64,000 nt of DNA from Haplodiscus bocki (taxonomy: Eukaryota): the NCBI GenBank assembly GCA_965655095.1, contig OZ296658.1:89900001-89964000 (forward strand), written 5' to 3'. This document shows positions 50,901 through 64,000 of this stretch, in pieces (the stretch's first letter is position 1; every line of letters starts with the position of its first letter). The position numbers and the translations under genes are program-made. The notes under the pieces are model-generated. The model searched no databases, was not told the origin of the DNA, and saw only the letters and a list, made by a program, of their open reading frames with translations.

Positions 50901-52457
50901 AGGTATTCGGTGGCAAATTCTTTTCAAATGGATTGACAGAGAATCAAAACTGTGATGGTTACGACACGGTTCAATAAGTAAAAGTCAAACAACAATTCAA
51001 AGTTTACTAATGTTTACAAAAATATTGTTCTTCGATAAGAAGAATGATAAGGTTACGTAATCGCACAATCTGTATAGCAAAACTCGAAAATATTTGAAAA
51101 AGCAACCGTTCAAAACGCGGATGAACAGATTGAACTGGTTCTCGACATATCATTCAAAAGAAATTTCCCATTACTTTGGCTGTTTTGCTCCTTGTTGTTC
51201 TTAGAAAAATAATTGCATGAGCGATTTTTTCGAGTCATCTTTGATTCCTTCATTTTCAGCTGCAACTGCAATGTTTACAATCTTTTAACAAAGTTTTGCC
51301 GACATCTTGAGATCTGTTATTTACTGGTAATAGGTTTTGGTCATTCTGATCTCTTTATTTCGCGGTATCATTGTAACCAGTGATAATGTGTCGATAACAA
51401 ATTATTCTACGCTTCCGTCAACTTTAGGGTCATTGTCAATTGAATTCTTTTGCCTGTCGAAGGTTTTGAATTCGGTTATTACATTGATCGATCTGTCTTT
51501 GACACTGCGCGTGTTAACTCCTAGTTCGCTAAATATGTTTATTTTTTGTGGCTTTCGTTGCTAAAGCTTACATGCTTTTGCGGAGTGGCCTTTCCTTTGA
51601 CATAGTGGCATTTTTACTCTGAGGCCCGCATTTATGGTGAAAGTTCAAGTTCGATCCGTTACAATACGTTCAAATTCTAAACCAGGAAGAAAAAATCTTT
51701 GTGTCATTCGTGCTTCCTTTGTTCTAGCATTTTTTTCCTTTTCGTTTTTCGTCAATTTCTTTTATTGCTTAGATTATTGCATTAAGTTCTATGTTCTAAG
51801 TTCATTAAGTTTTATTTTTTTTGTCGTACGTAATCTATAACTCTTCGACAATTTTTGGCAAGTGTATGTCGTTTTCTTTCATCAGTTCGGCCGCTAACAT
51901 TTCATCGGTGATTGATATAAATCGAAAAACGAATATTTCGGTTTTTAAAAAAGTTTGGATCGCATTCCTCTTCCTCTAATTCCATCAGCTTCTCCCAATG
52001 TGTCTCAGCTATTTCTGTATAAGGTTGTTTTGCTCAGTAGAAAACTCCTTGGGAATTGTATTTTCTTTCATCTTTTCCGGAATTTATCTTTTCAATAGGA
52101 GCCATCGGTTACAGAATTTGATCTGTCTGTCCGTTTTAATTTAAACGGTTCTGTTCGGTATGCAGATCTTATGCTTTGGTCTGTTGGTTGGGGTCCCAGT
52201 ACTCAAAGAAATTGTTGTTGTACCTCTCTTCTTTAGTGTTACAGCCTGTTTCAATTATTGCTTCTTATTTGAACAACGATCTCAATTCTAAATTACATTT
52301 TATCTTTGTGTACTGCTTCAATCTTTCCAACTATTGTCGGTGTTTCTAGTTTTTGTCCCGTCTGTTCTCTTAGGCGAAGCACGTATTCGGATATTTCCTC
52401 CGGTCATGTTTTTCTACCACATCGGTAAGGCTTTTTCGATAAAAGTCAAAGTATGAA

Positions 52458-52476
52458 AATCCCGCCGACTGCTCCA
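52458..52476 (-). promoter_or_regulatory. tRNA-Ser-type PBS of element B (well-preserved copy; the progenitor position is 20459-20477)
   Basis: TGGAGCAGTCGGCGGGATT here, and TGGAGCAGTCAGCAGGATT in most units. It abuts the LTR's terminal CA and resembles the tRNA-Ser PBS TGGCG(C/T)AGTCGG(C/T)AGGATT. Confidence 0.75.
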
Positions 52477-55400
52477 TGTTCCACCCTACGGTCAAAATTT
52501 GAAAGGTATTCAGTGGAAAATTCTTTTCAAATGGGTTCACAGGGAATAAAAACTGTGATGATTACGGCACGGTCCTTTAAATAAGAGTCAAACAACAATT
52601 CAAAGTTTACTAATGTTTACAAATTTATTGCTTTTCGGTAAGAAGAATGATAAGGTTACGTAATCGGACAATCTGTATAGCAAAACTCGAGAATATTTGG
52701 AAAAACAACCGTTCAAAACGCGGACGAACACATTGAGCTGGTTCTCATCATATCATTGAAAAGAATTTTCCCATTAATTTGGCTGTTTTCTTTCCTGTTG
52801 GTTCTTAGAAAAAAATGCAAGAGCGATTTTTTCGAGTCATTTTTGATTCCTTAATTTTTCAGCTAAAACTGCAATGTTTCCAATCTTTCAACAGAGTTTT
52901 GCGGACATCTTGAGATCTGTTATTTACTGGTAATGGGTTTTGGGCATTGTGATCTCTTTATCCCGCGGTATCATTGTAACGAGTAATAATGTGTCGAAAA
53001 CAAATTATTCTACGTTTCAGTCGATTTTAGGGTCATTGTCAATTGAACTTTTTCGCCTGTCAAAGGTTTTGAATTGAGTTATTACATTGATCGATGTCTT
53101 TGAAACTGTGCGTCTAAACTCCTATTTCGCTAAATATGTTGATTTTTTGTGGCTTCCGTTGCTAAAATTTACATGTTTTTGCGGAGTGTCCTTTCCTTTT
53201 ATGTAGTGGCAATTTTACTCTGAAGCCGCATTCATGGAGAGAGTTCAAGTTCGAGCCGTTACAATATGTTCAAATTCTAAACCAAGAAGAGAAAAGTCTT
53301 CGTGTCATTCGTGCTCCGCATTGTCTAGCATTTTTTTTCGTTCTGGTTTTTCGTCAATATCTTTTCTGCTTGGATTGTTGCATTAAGTTCTGTTATTTTA
53401 TATCTGTCGTACGTAATCTACAATTGTTCGACAATTTTCGGCAAGTGTAGGTCGTTTTCTTTCATCAGTTCGGCCCCTAAAATTTTATCGGTGATTGAGG
53501 ACATAAATCTTAAGACGAGTATTTCGGTTTTTAAAAAAGTATGGACCGCCTTTCTCTTCCTCCAATTCCATCAGCTTCTCCCAATGTGTCTAAGGTTCTT
53601 CCGCATAAAGCTGTTTTGTTCAGTAGAAATCTCCTTGGGAATTGTATTTTCTTTCATTTTCTCCGGAATTTATCTTTTCAATAAGAGGCATCGGTTACAT
53701 AATTTGATCTGTCTGTCCGTTTTAATTTCAAACGGTTCTTTTCGGTATGCCGATCTTCTCCTTTGGTGTGTTGATTGGGGTCCCAGTACTCAAAGAAAGT
53801 GTTGTTGTACCTCTCTTCTTTTGTGTTATAGCTTGTTTCAATTATAGCTACTTATTTGAACAACCATCTCATTTCTAAAGTACATTTTGCCTTTGTGTAC
53901 TGCTTCAATCTTTCCAACTAATGTCGGTGGTTCTAGTTTTTGTCCCATCTGTTCTCTTAAGCGAAGCACGTATTCGAATATTTCCTCCGGTCATGTTTTC
54001 TTACCACCTCGGTAAGGTTTTTCGCGTAAAAGTCAAAGTATGAAAATCCTGCTGACTGCTCCATGTTCCACCCTACGGTCAAAATTTCAAAGGCAATCGG
54101 TGGCAAATTCTTATCAAAATGATTCGCAGAGAATCAAAACTGTGATGGTTACGGGAGGGTTCAATAAGTAAAAGTCAAACAACAATTCAAAGTTAACTAA
54201 TGTTTACAAAAATATTGTTCTTCGGTAATAAGAATGATAAGGTTACGTAATCGCAAAATCTGTATAGCAAAACTCGAAAATATTTGAAAAAGCAACCGTT
54301 CAAAACGCGGATGAACAGATTGAACTGGTTCTCGGCATATCATTCAATAGAATTTTCCCATTAATTTGGCTGTTTTCCTCCTTGTTGGTTCTTAGAAAAA
54401 ATTGCAGGAGCGATTTTTTCGAGTCATCTTTGATTCCTTAATTTTTCAGCTACAACTCCAATGCTTCCAATCTTTCAACAAAGTTTTGCGGACATCTTGA
54501 GATCTGTTATTTACTGGTAATGGGTTTTGGGCATTCTGATCTCTTTATCCCGCGGTATCATTGTAACGAGTGATAATGTGTCGATAACAAATTATTCTAC
54601 GTTTCAGTCGATTCTAGGGTCATCGTCAATTGAAACTAATTGACTGTCAAAGGTATTGAATTCAGTTGTTACATTGATCGATGTCTTTGAAACTGTGCGT
54701 GTTAAATCCTATTTCGCTAAAAATGTTGACTTTTTGTGGCTTCCGTTGCTAAAATTTACATGTTTTTGCGGAGTGTCCTTTCGTTTTATATAGTGGCCTT
54801 TTTACTCTGAAGCCCGCATTGATGGTGAAAGTTCAAGTTCGATCCGTTACAATATGTTCCAATTCTGAACCAAAAAAAAATAAATCTTCGTGTCATTCGT
54901 ACTCCGTATTTTCTAGCATTTTTTCTACTTTTCGTTTTTCGTCAATTTCTTTTTTTGCTCAGATTATTGCATTAAGTTCTATGTTCTAAGTTCATTAAGT
55001 TTTATTTTAATTTTGTCGTACGTAATCTATAACTCGTCGACAATTTTCGGCAAGTGTAGGTCATTTTCTTTCATCAGTTCGGCCCCTAATATTTTATCGG
55101 TGATTGATATAAATCTAAAAACGAGTATTGCGGTTTTTAAAAAAGTTTGGATCGCCTTTCTCTTCCTCTAATTCCATCAGCTTCTCCCAATGTGTCTCAG
55201 GTATTTCCGCATAAAGCTGTTTTCCTCAGTAGAAATCTCGTTGGGAATTTTATTTTCTTTCATCTTTTCCGGAATTTATCTTTTCAATAGGAGCCATCGG
55301 TTACATAATTTGATCTGTCTGTCCGTTTTAATTTAAACGGTTCTGTTCGGTATGCAGATCTTGTGCTTTGGTCTGTTGGTTGGGGTCCCAGTACTCAAAG

Positions 55401-58400
55401 AAAATTTTGTTGAACCTCTCTTCCTTTGTGTTACAGCCTGTTTCAATTATTGCTTCTTATTTGAACGACGATCTCAATTCGAAATTACATTTTATCTTTG
55501 TGTACTGCTTCAATCTTTCCAACTATTGTCGGTGTTTCTAGTTTTTGTCCCATCTGTTCTCTTAGGCGAAGCACGTATTCGGATATTCCCTCCGGTCATG
55601 TTTTCCTACCACCTCGGTGAGGCTTTTCGCGTAAAAGTCAAAGTATGAAAATCCTGCTGACTGCTCCATGTTCCACCCTACGGTCGAAATTTCAAAGGCA
55701 ATCGGTGGCAAATTCTTATCAAAATGATTCACAGAGAATCAAAACTGTGATGGTTACGGGACGGTTCAATAAGTAAAAGTCAAACAACAATTCAAAGTTA
55801 ACTAATGTTTACAAAAATATTGTTCTTCGGTAAGAAGAATGATAAGGTTACGTAATCGCAAAATCTGTATAGCAAAACTCGAAAATATTTGAAAAAGCAA
55901 CCGTTCAAAACGCGGATGAACAGATTGAACTGGTTCTCGGCATATCATTCAATAGAATTTTCCCATTAATTTGGCTGTTTTCCTCCTTGTTGGTTCTTAG
56001 AAAAAATTGCAGGAGCGATTTTTTCGAGTCATCTTTGATTCCTTAATTTTTCAGCTACAACTGCAATGCTTCCAATCTTTCAACAAAGTTTTGCGGACAT
56101 CTTGAGATCTGTTATTTACTGGTAATAGGTTTTGGGCATTGTGATCTCTTTATCCCGCGGTATCATTGTAACGAGTGACAATGTGTCGAAAACAAATTAT
56201 TCTACGTTTCAGTCGATTTTAGGGTCATCGTCAATTGAAATTAATTGACTGTCAAAGGTTTTGAATTGAGTTATTACATTGATCGATGTCTTTGCAACTG
56301 TGCGTCTTAACTCCTATTTCGCTAAATATGTTGATTTTTTGTGGCTTCCGTTGCTAAAATTTACATGTTTTTGCGGAGTGTCCTTTCGTTTTATATAGTG
56401 GCCTTTTTACTCTGAAGCCCGCATTGATGGTGAAAGTTCAAGTTCGATCCGTTACAATATGTTCCAATTCTGAACCAAAAAAAAAATAAATCTTCGTGTC
56501 ATTCGTACTCCGTATTTTCTAGCATTTTTTCTACTTTTCGTTTTTCGTCAATTTCTTTTTTTGCTCAGATTATTGCATTAAGTTCTATGTTCTAAGTTCA
56601 TTAAGTTTTATTTTAATTTTGTCGTACGTAATCTATAACTCGTCGACAATTTTCGGCAAGTGTAGGTCATTTTCTTTCATCAGTTCGGCCCCTAATATTT
56701 TATCGGTGATTGATATAAATCTAAAAACGAGTATTGCGGTTTTTAAAAAAGTTTGGATCGCCTTTCTCTTCCTCTAATTCCATCAGCTTCTCCCAATGTG
56801 TCTCAGGTATTTCCGCATAAAGCTGTTTTCCTCAGTAGAAATCTCGTTGGGAATTTTATTTTCTTTCATCTTTTCCGGAATTTATCTTTTCAATAGGAGC
56901 CATCGGTTACATAATTTGATCTGTCTGTCCGTTTTAATTTAAACGGTTCTGTTCGGTATGCAGATCTTGTGCTTTGGTCTGTTGGTTGGGGTCCCAGTAC
57001 TCAAAGAAAATTTTGTTGAACCTCTCTTCCTTTGTGTTACAGCCTGTTTCAATTATTGCTTCTTATTTGAACGACGATCTCAATTCGAAATTACATTTTA
57101 TCTTTGTGTACTGCTTCAATCTTTCCAACTATTGTCGGTGTTTCTAGTTTTTGTCCCATCTGTTCTCTTAGGCGAAGCACGTATTCGAATATTTCCTCCG
57201 GTCATGTTTTCCTACCACCTCGGTGAGGCTTTTCGCGTAAAAGTCAAAGTATGAAAATCCTGCTGACTGCTCCATGTTCCACCCTACGGTCGAAATTTCA
57301 AAGGCAATCGGTGGCAAATTCTTACCAAAATGATTCACAGAGAATCAAAACTGTGATGGTTACGGGACGGTTCAATAAGTAAAAGTCAAACAACAATTCA
57401 AAGTTAACTAATGTTTACAAAAATATTGTTCTTCGGTAAGAAGAATGATAAGGTTACGTAATCGCAAAATCTGTATAGCAAAACTCGAAAATATTTGAAA
57501 AAGCAACCGTTCAAAACGCGGATGAACAGATTGAACTGGTTCTCGGCATATCATTCAATAGAATTTTCCCATTAATTTGGCTGTTTTCCTCCTTGTTGGT
57601 TCTTAGAAAAAATTGCAGGAGCGATTTTTTCGAGTCATCTTTGATTCCTTAATTTTTCAGCTACAACTGCAATGCTTCCAATCTTTCAACAAAGTTTTGC
57701 GGACATCTTGAGATCTGTTATTTACTGGTAATGGGTTTTGGGCATTCTGATCTCTTTATCCCGCGGTATCATTGTAACGAGTGATAATGTGTCGATAACA
57801 AATTATTCTACGTTTCAGTCGATTCTAGGGTCATCGTCAATTGAAACTAATTGACTGTCAAAGGTATTGAATTCAGTTGTTACATTGATCGATGTCTTTG
57901 AAACTGTGCGTGTTAAATCCTATTTCGCTAAAAATGTTGACTTTTTGTGGCTTCCGTTGCTAAAATTTACATGTTTTTGCGGAGTGTCCTTTCGTTTTAT
58001 ATAGTGGCCTTTTTACTCTGAAGCCCGCATTGATGGTGAAAGTTCAAGTTCGATCCGTTACAATATGTTCCAATTCTGAACCAAAAAAAAAATAAATCTT
58101 CGTGTCATTCGTACTCCGTATTTTCTAGCATTTTTTCTACTTTTCGTTTTTCGTCAATTTCTTTTTTTGCTCAGATTATTGCATTAAGTTCTATGTTCTA
58201 AGTTCATTAAGTTTTATTTTAATTTTGTCGTACGTAATCTATAACTCGTCGACAATTTTCGGCAAGTGTAGGTCATTTTCTTTCATCAGTTCGGCCCCTA
58301 ATATTTTATCGGTGATTGATATAAATCTAAAAACGAGTACTGCGGTTTTTAAAAAAGTTTGGATCGCCTTTCTCTTCCTCTAATTCCATCAGCTTCTCCC

Positions 58401-61400
58401 AATGTGTCTCAGGTATTTCCGCATAAAGCTGTTTTCCTCAGTAGAAATCTCGTTGGGAATTTTATTTTCTTTCATCTTTTCCGGAATTTATCTTTTCAAT
58501 AGGAGCCAACGGTTACATAATTTGATCTGTCTGTCCGTTTTAATTTAAACGGTTCTGTTCGGTATGCAGATCTTGTGCTTTGGTCTGTTGGTTGGGGTCC
58601 CAGTACTCAAAGAAAATTTTGTTGAACCTCTCTTCCTTTGTGTTACAGCCTGTTTCAATTATTGCTTCTTATTTGAACGACGATCTCAATTCGAAATTAC
58701 ATTTTATCTTTGTGTACTGCTTCAATCTTTCCAACTATTGTCGGTGTTTCTAGTTTTTGTCCCATCTGTTCTCTTAGGCGAAGCACGTATTCGGATATTC
58801 CCTCCGCTCATGTTTTTCTACCACATCGGTAAGGCTTTTTCGGTAAAAGTCAAAATCCCGCCGACTGCTCCATGTTCCACCCTACGGTCAGAATTTCAAA
58901 GGTATTCAGTGGAAAATTCTTTTCAAATGGGTTCACAGCGAATAAAAACTGTGATGATTACGGCACGGTCCTTTAAATAAGAGTCAAACAACAATTCGAA
59001 GTTTACTAATGTTTACAAAATTATTGCTTTTCGGTAAGAAGAATGATAAATTTACGTAATCGGACAACCTGTATAGCAAAACTCGAAAATATTTGAAAAA
59101 ACAACCGTTCAAAACGCGAATGAACACATTGAGCTGGTTCTCGTCATATCATTCAAAAGAATTTCCCCATCAAATTGGCTGTTTTCCTCCTTGTTGGTTC
59201 TTAGAAAAAAATGCATGAGCGATTTTTTCGAATCGCTTTGATTCCTTAATTTTTCAGCTACAACTGCAATGTTTCCAATCTTTCAACAAAGTTTTGCGGA
59301 CATCTTGAGATCTGTTATTTACTGGTAATGGGTTTTGGGCATTCTGATCTCTTTATCCCGCGGTAACATTTTAACGAGTGATAATGTGTCGATAACAAAT
59401 TATTCTACGTTTCAGTCGATTTTAGGGTCATCGTCAATTGAAATTAATTGACTGTCAAAGGTTTTCAACTGAGTTTTTACAATGATCGATGTCTTTGAAA
59501 CTGTGCGTCTCAAGTCCTATTTCGCTAAATATGTTGATTTTTTGTCGCTTCCGTTGCTAAAATTTACATGTTTTTGCGGAGTGTCCTTTCCTTTTATATA
59601 GTGGCATTTTTACTCTGCAGCCCGCATTCATAGTGAAAGTTCAAGTTCGATCCGTTACAATATGTTCAAATTCTAAACCAAGAAGAAAACAGTCTTCCTG
59701 TCATTCGTGCTCCGCATTGTCTAGCATTTTTTTTCCTTTTGGTCCTTCGTCAATATCTTTTCTGCTGGGAGTGTTGCATTAAGTTCTGTTATTTTATATC
59801 TGTCGTACGTAATCTACAATTGTTCGATAATTTTCGGCAAGTGTAGGTCGTTTTCTTTCATCAGTTGGGCCCCTAAAATTTTATCGAAGATTGAGGATAT
59901 AAATCTAAAGACGGGAATTTCGGTTTTTAAAAAAGTTTGGATCGCCTTTCTCTTCCTCTAATTCCATCAGCTTCTCCCAATGTGTCTCAGGTTCTTCCGT
60001 ATAAGGCTGTTTTGCTCAGTAATCTCTTCGGGATTTGTATTTTCTTTCATCTTTTCCGGAAATTATCTTTTCAAAAAGAGGCATCGGTTACATAACTTGA
60101 TCTTTCAGTACGCTTTAATTTCAAACGGTTCTTTTCGGTATGCCGATCTGGTGCTTTGGTGTGTTGATTAGGGTCCCAGTACTCAAAGAAAGTGTTGTTG
60201 TACCTCTCTTCTTTTGTGTTATAGCCTGTTTCAACTATTGCTTCTTATTAGAACAACGATCTCATTTCTAATTTACATTTTATCTTTGTGTACTGCTTCA
60301 ATCTTTCCAACTATTGTCGGTGTTTCTAGCTTTTGTCCCATCTGTTCTCTTAAGCGAAGCACGTATTCGAATATTTCCTCCGGTCATGTTTTCCTACCAC
60401 CTTGGTAAGGCTTTTTGCGTAAAAGTCAAAGTACGAAAATCCTGCTGTCTGCTCCATATTCCACCCTACGGTCAAAACTTCAAAGGTATTCAGTGGAAAA
60501 TTCTTTTCAAATAGGTTCACAGGGAATCAAAACTGTGATGATTACGGCACGGTCCTTTAAATAAGAGTCAAACAACAATTCAAAGTTGACTAATGTTTAC
60601 AAAATTATTGTTTTTCGGTAAGAAGAATGATAAGGTTACCTAATCGCACAACCTGTATAGCAGAACTCGAAATTATTTGAAAAAGCGACCTTTCAAAACG
60701 CGGATGAACAGATTGAACTGGTTCTCGACATATCATTCAAAAGAATTTTCCCATTAATTTGGCTGTTTTCCTCCTTGTTGGTTCTTAAAAAAATTGCATG
60801 AGCGATTTTTTCGAGTCATTTTTGATTCCTTCATTTTCAGCTGCAACTGCAATGTTTACAATCTTTCAACAAAGTTTTGCGGACATCTTGAGATCTGTTA
60901 TTTACTGGTAATAAATTTTGGTCATTCAGATCTCCTCATCCCGCGGTATCATTGTAACCAGTGACAATGTGTCGAAAACAAATTATTCTACGTTTCAGTC
61001 GATTTTAGGGTCATTGTCAATTGATTTTTTTCGCCTGTCAAAGGTTTTGAATTCAGTTATCACATTGATCGATGTCTTTGAAACTGTGCGTGTTAACTCC
61101 TACTTCGCTACATATGTTGATTTTTTGTGGCTTTCGTTGCTTAAATTTACATGTTTTTGCGGAGTGTCCTTTCCTTTAGAAAGTGGCATTTTTACTCTGA
61201 AGCCCGCATTTATGGTGAAAGTTCAAGTTCGATCCGTTACAATATGTTCAAATTCTAAACGAAGAAGAAAAAATCATCGTGTCATTCGTGCTCCGTATTT
61301 TCTAGCATTTTTTTCCTTTCCGTTTTTCGTCAATTTCTTTTTTGCTTGGATTGTTGCATTAAGTTCTGTTGTTTTTTATCTGTCGTACGTAATCTACAAT

Positions 61401-64000
61401 TGTTCGACAATTTTCGGCAAGTGTAGGTCGTTCTCTTCCATCAGTTCGGCCCCTAAAAATTTATCGGTGATTGAGGATATAAATCTAAAGACGAGTATTT
61501 CGGTTTTTAAAAAAGTTTGGATCGCCTTTCTCTTCCTCTAATTCCATCAGCTTCTCCCAACGTGTCTCAGGTTCTTCCGTATAAGGCTGTTTCGCTCAGT
61601 AGAAATCTCTTCGGGATTTGTATTTTCTTTCATCTTTTCCGGAAATTATCTTTTCAATAAGAGGCATCGGTTACGTAATTTGATCTGTCTGTCCGTTTCA
61701 ATTTCAAACGGTACTTTTCGGTATGCCGATCTTGTGCTTTGGTGTGTTGATTGGGGTCCCAGTACTCTAAGAAAGTGTTGTTGTACCTCTATTCTTTTAA
61801 GTTATAGCCTGTTTCAATTATTGCTTCTTATTAGAACAACTATCTCATTTCTAAAGTACATTTTGCCTTTGTGTACTGCTTCAATCTTTCCAACTAATGT
61901 CGCTGGTTCTAGTTTTTGTCCCATCTGTTCTCTTAAGCGAAGCACGTATTCGAATATTTCCTCCGGTCATGTTTTCCTACCACCTCGATAAGGATTTTTC
62001 GGTAAAAGTCAAAGTAAGAAAATCCTGCTGACTGCTCCATGTTCCACCCTACGGTCAAAACTTCAAAGGTATTCAGTGGAAAATTCTTTTCAAATGGGTT
62101 CACAGAGAATCAAAACTGTGATGATTACGGCACGGTACTTTAAATAAGAGTCAAACAACAATTCAATGTTAACTAATGTTTACAAAATTATTGTTTCTCG
62201 GTAAGAAGAATGATAGGGTTACGTAATCGGACAATCTGTATAGCAAAACTCGAGAATATTTGAAAAAGCAACCGTTCAAAACGAGGGTGAACAGATTGAA
62301 CTGGTTCTCGACATATCATTCAAAAGAATTTTCCCATTAATTTGGCTGTTTTCCTCCTTGTTGGTTCTTAAAAAAATTGCATGATCGATTTTTTCGAGTC
62401 ATCTTTGATTCCTTCATTTTCAGCTGCAACTGCAATGTCTAAAGTTGTTCAACAAAGTTTTGCGGACATCTTGAGATCTGTTATTTACTGGTAATGGGTT
62501 TTGGGCATTGTGATCTCTTTATCCCGCGGTATCATTGTAACGAGTGATAATGTGTCGATAACAAATTATTCTACATTTCAGTCGATTTTAGGGTCTTTGT
62601 CAATTGAACTTTTTGACTGTCAAAGGTTTTGAATTCTGTTATCACATTGATCGATGTCTTTGAAACTGTGCGTGTTAACTCCTACTTCGCTAAATATGTT
62701 GATTTTTTGTGGCTTTCGTTGCTTAAATTTACATGTTTTTGCGGAGTGTCCTTTCCTTTAGAAAGTGGCATTTTTACTCTGAAGCCCGCATTTATGGTGA
62801 AAGTTCAAGTTCGATCCGTTACAATATGTTCAAATTCTAAACCAAAAAGAAAAAATCTTCGTGTCATTCGTGCTCCGTATTTTCTAGCATTTTTTTCCTT
62901 TCCGTTTTTCTTCAATTTCATCTTTGCTTGGATTGTTGCATTAAGTTCTGTTATTTTATATCTGTCGTACGTAATCTACAATTGTTCGACAATATTCGGC
63001 AAGTGTAGGTCGTTTTCTTTCATGAGTTCGGCCCCTAAAATTTTATCGGTGATTGAGGATATAAATCTAAAGACGAGTATTTCAGTTTTTAAAAAAGTTT
63101 GGATCGCCTTTCTTTTCCTCTAATTCCATCAGCTTCTCCCAATGTGTCTCAGGTTCTTCCATATAAGGCTGTTTTGCTCACTAGAAATCTCTTCGGGATT
63201 TGTATTTTCTTTCATCTTTTCCGGAATTTATCTTTTCAATAGGAGCCATCGGTTATATAATTTGATCTGTCTGTCCGGTTTAATTTCAAACGGTTCTTTT
63301 CGGTATGCCGATCTTGTGCTTTGGTATGTTGATTGGGGTCCCAGTACTCAAAGAAAGTGTTGTTGTACCTCTTCTTTTGTGTTATAGCCTGTTTCAATTA
63401 TTGCTTCTTATTAGAACAACTATCTCATTTCTAAAGTACATTTTGCCTTTGTGTACTGCTTCAATCTTTCCAACTATTGTCGCTGGTTCTAGTTTTTGTC
63501 CCATCTGTTCTCTTAAGCGAAGCACGTATTCGAATATTTCCTCCGGTCATGTTTTCCTACCACCTCGATAAGGATTTTTCGGTAAAAGTCAAAGTATGAA
63601 AATCCTGCTGACTGCTCCATGTTCCACCCTACGGTCGAAACTTCAAAGGTATTCAGTGGAAAATTCTTTTCAAATAGGTTCACAGGGAATCAAAACTGTG
63701 ATGAATACGGCACGGTACTTTAAATAAGAGTCAAACAACAATTCAAAGTTTAGTAATGTTTATTGTTTATTAGTAAAAATTATTGTTTTTCGGTAAGAAG
63801 AATGATAGGGTTACGTAATCGGACAATCTGTATAGCAAAACTCGAGAATATTTGAAAAAGCAACCGTTCAAAACGAGGGTGAACAGATTGAACTGGTTCT
63901 CGACATATCATTCAAAAGAATTTTCCCATTAATTTGGCTGTTTTCCTCCTTGTTGGTTCTTAAAAAAATTGCATGATCGATTTTTTCGAGTCATCTTTGA

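Larger units (their letters stand above)
19256..64000. repeat. Tandem macrosatellite: 28 complete ~1.6-kb units (mean ~1598 bp), continuing past the window end
   Basis: The unit start (TCTTTGATTCC) recurs at ~19256, 20840, 22437, 24035, 25632, 27230 ... 60818, 62402, 63994. Homologous ORFs in the ORF track recur at ~1.6-kb spacing. Confidence 0.98.

Noticed and set aside
20000-63571. Many Phe/Leu/Ser-rich plus-strand ORFs that look like a tandem membrane-protein family
   Set aside because: They are T-rich antisense frames of decayed gag/protease. Their boundaries and frames vary between units with homopolymer indels, with no sign of coding constraint.
19256-64000. CRISPR-like array, or rDNA/5S/histone tandem array
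   Set aside because: There are no short repeats with unique spacers and no rRNA, tRNA, snRNA or histone motifs were recognised. Retrotransposon parts plus flank explain the unit.

Overview
Eukaryotic, AT-rich, almost entirely transposon-derived window (probably an invertebrate; the organism cannot be fixed from sequence alone). From left to right: (1) the 5' end of a Penelope-like retroelement ORF on the minus strand, running off the left edge; (2) a 375-bp hAT/Charlie-type MITE and one possible host exon; (3) an old, degenerate Ty3/Gypsy element 'B' on the minus strand (short ~205-bp LTRs, tRNA-Ser-type PBS, WLDD-type RT), spanning ~3135-20683; (4) a second Gypsy element 'A' (4394-16153, plus strand) inserted into the integrase of B with an AATT target-site duplication. 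A has 1.44-kb LTRs and degenerate gag-PR-RT-RNaseH-IN, plus a TARG1/OARD1-like macrodomain between RNase H and integrase and an F-type env; (5) from ~19256 to the window end, 28 tandem ~1.6-kb units. Each unit is the amplified 5' junction of element B (flank + LTR + PBS + gag + protease), and the first unit is still joined to the progenitor element. The two main findings are the env-bearing Gypsy carrying an ADP-ribose hydrolase-like domain, and a satellite array caught next to the retrotransposon it came from. All alignments and translations were done by eye, so identities are approximate.
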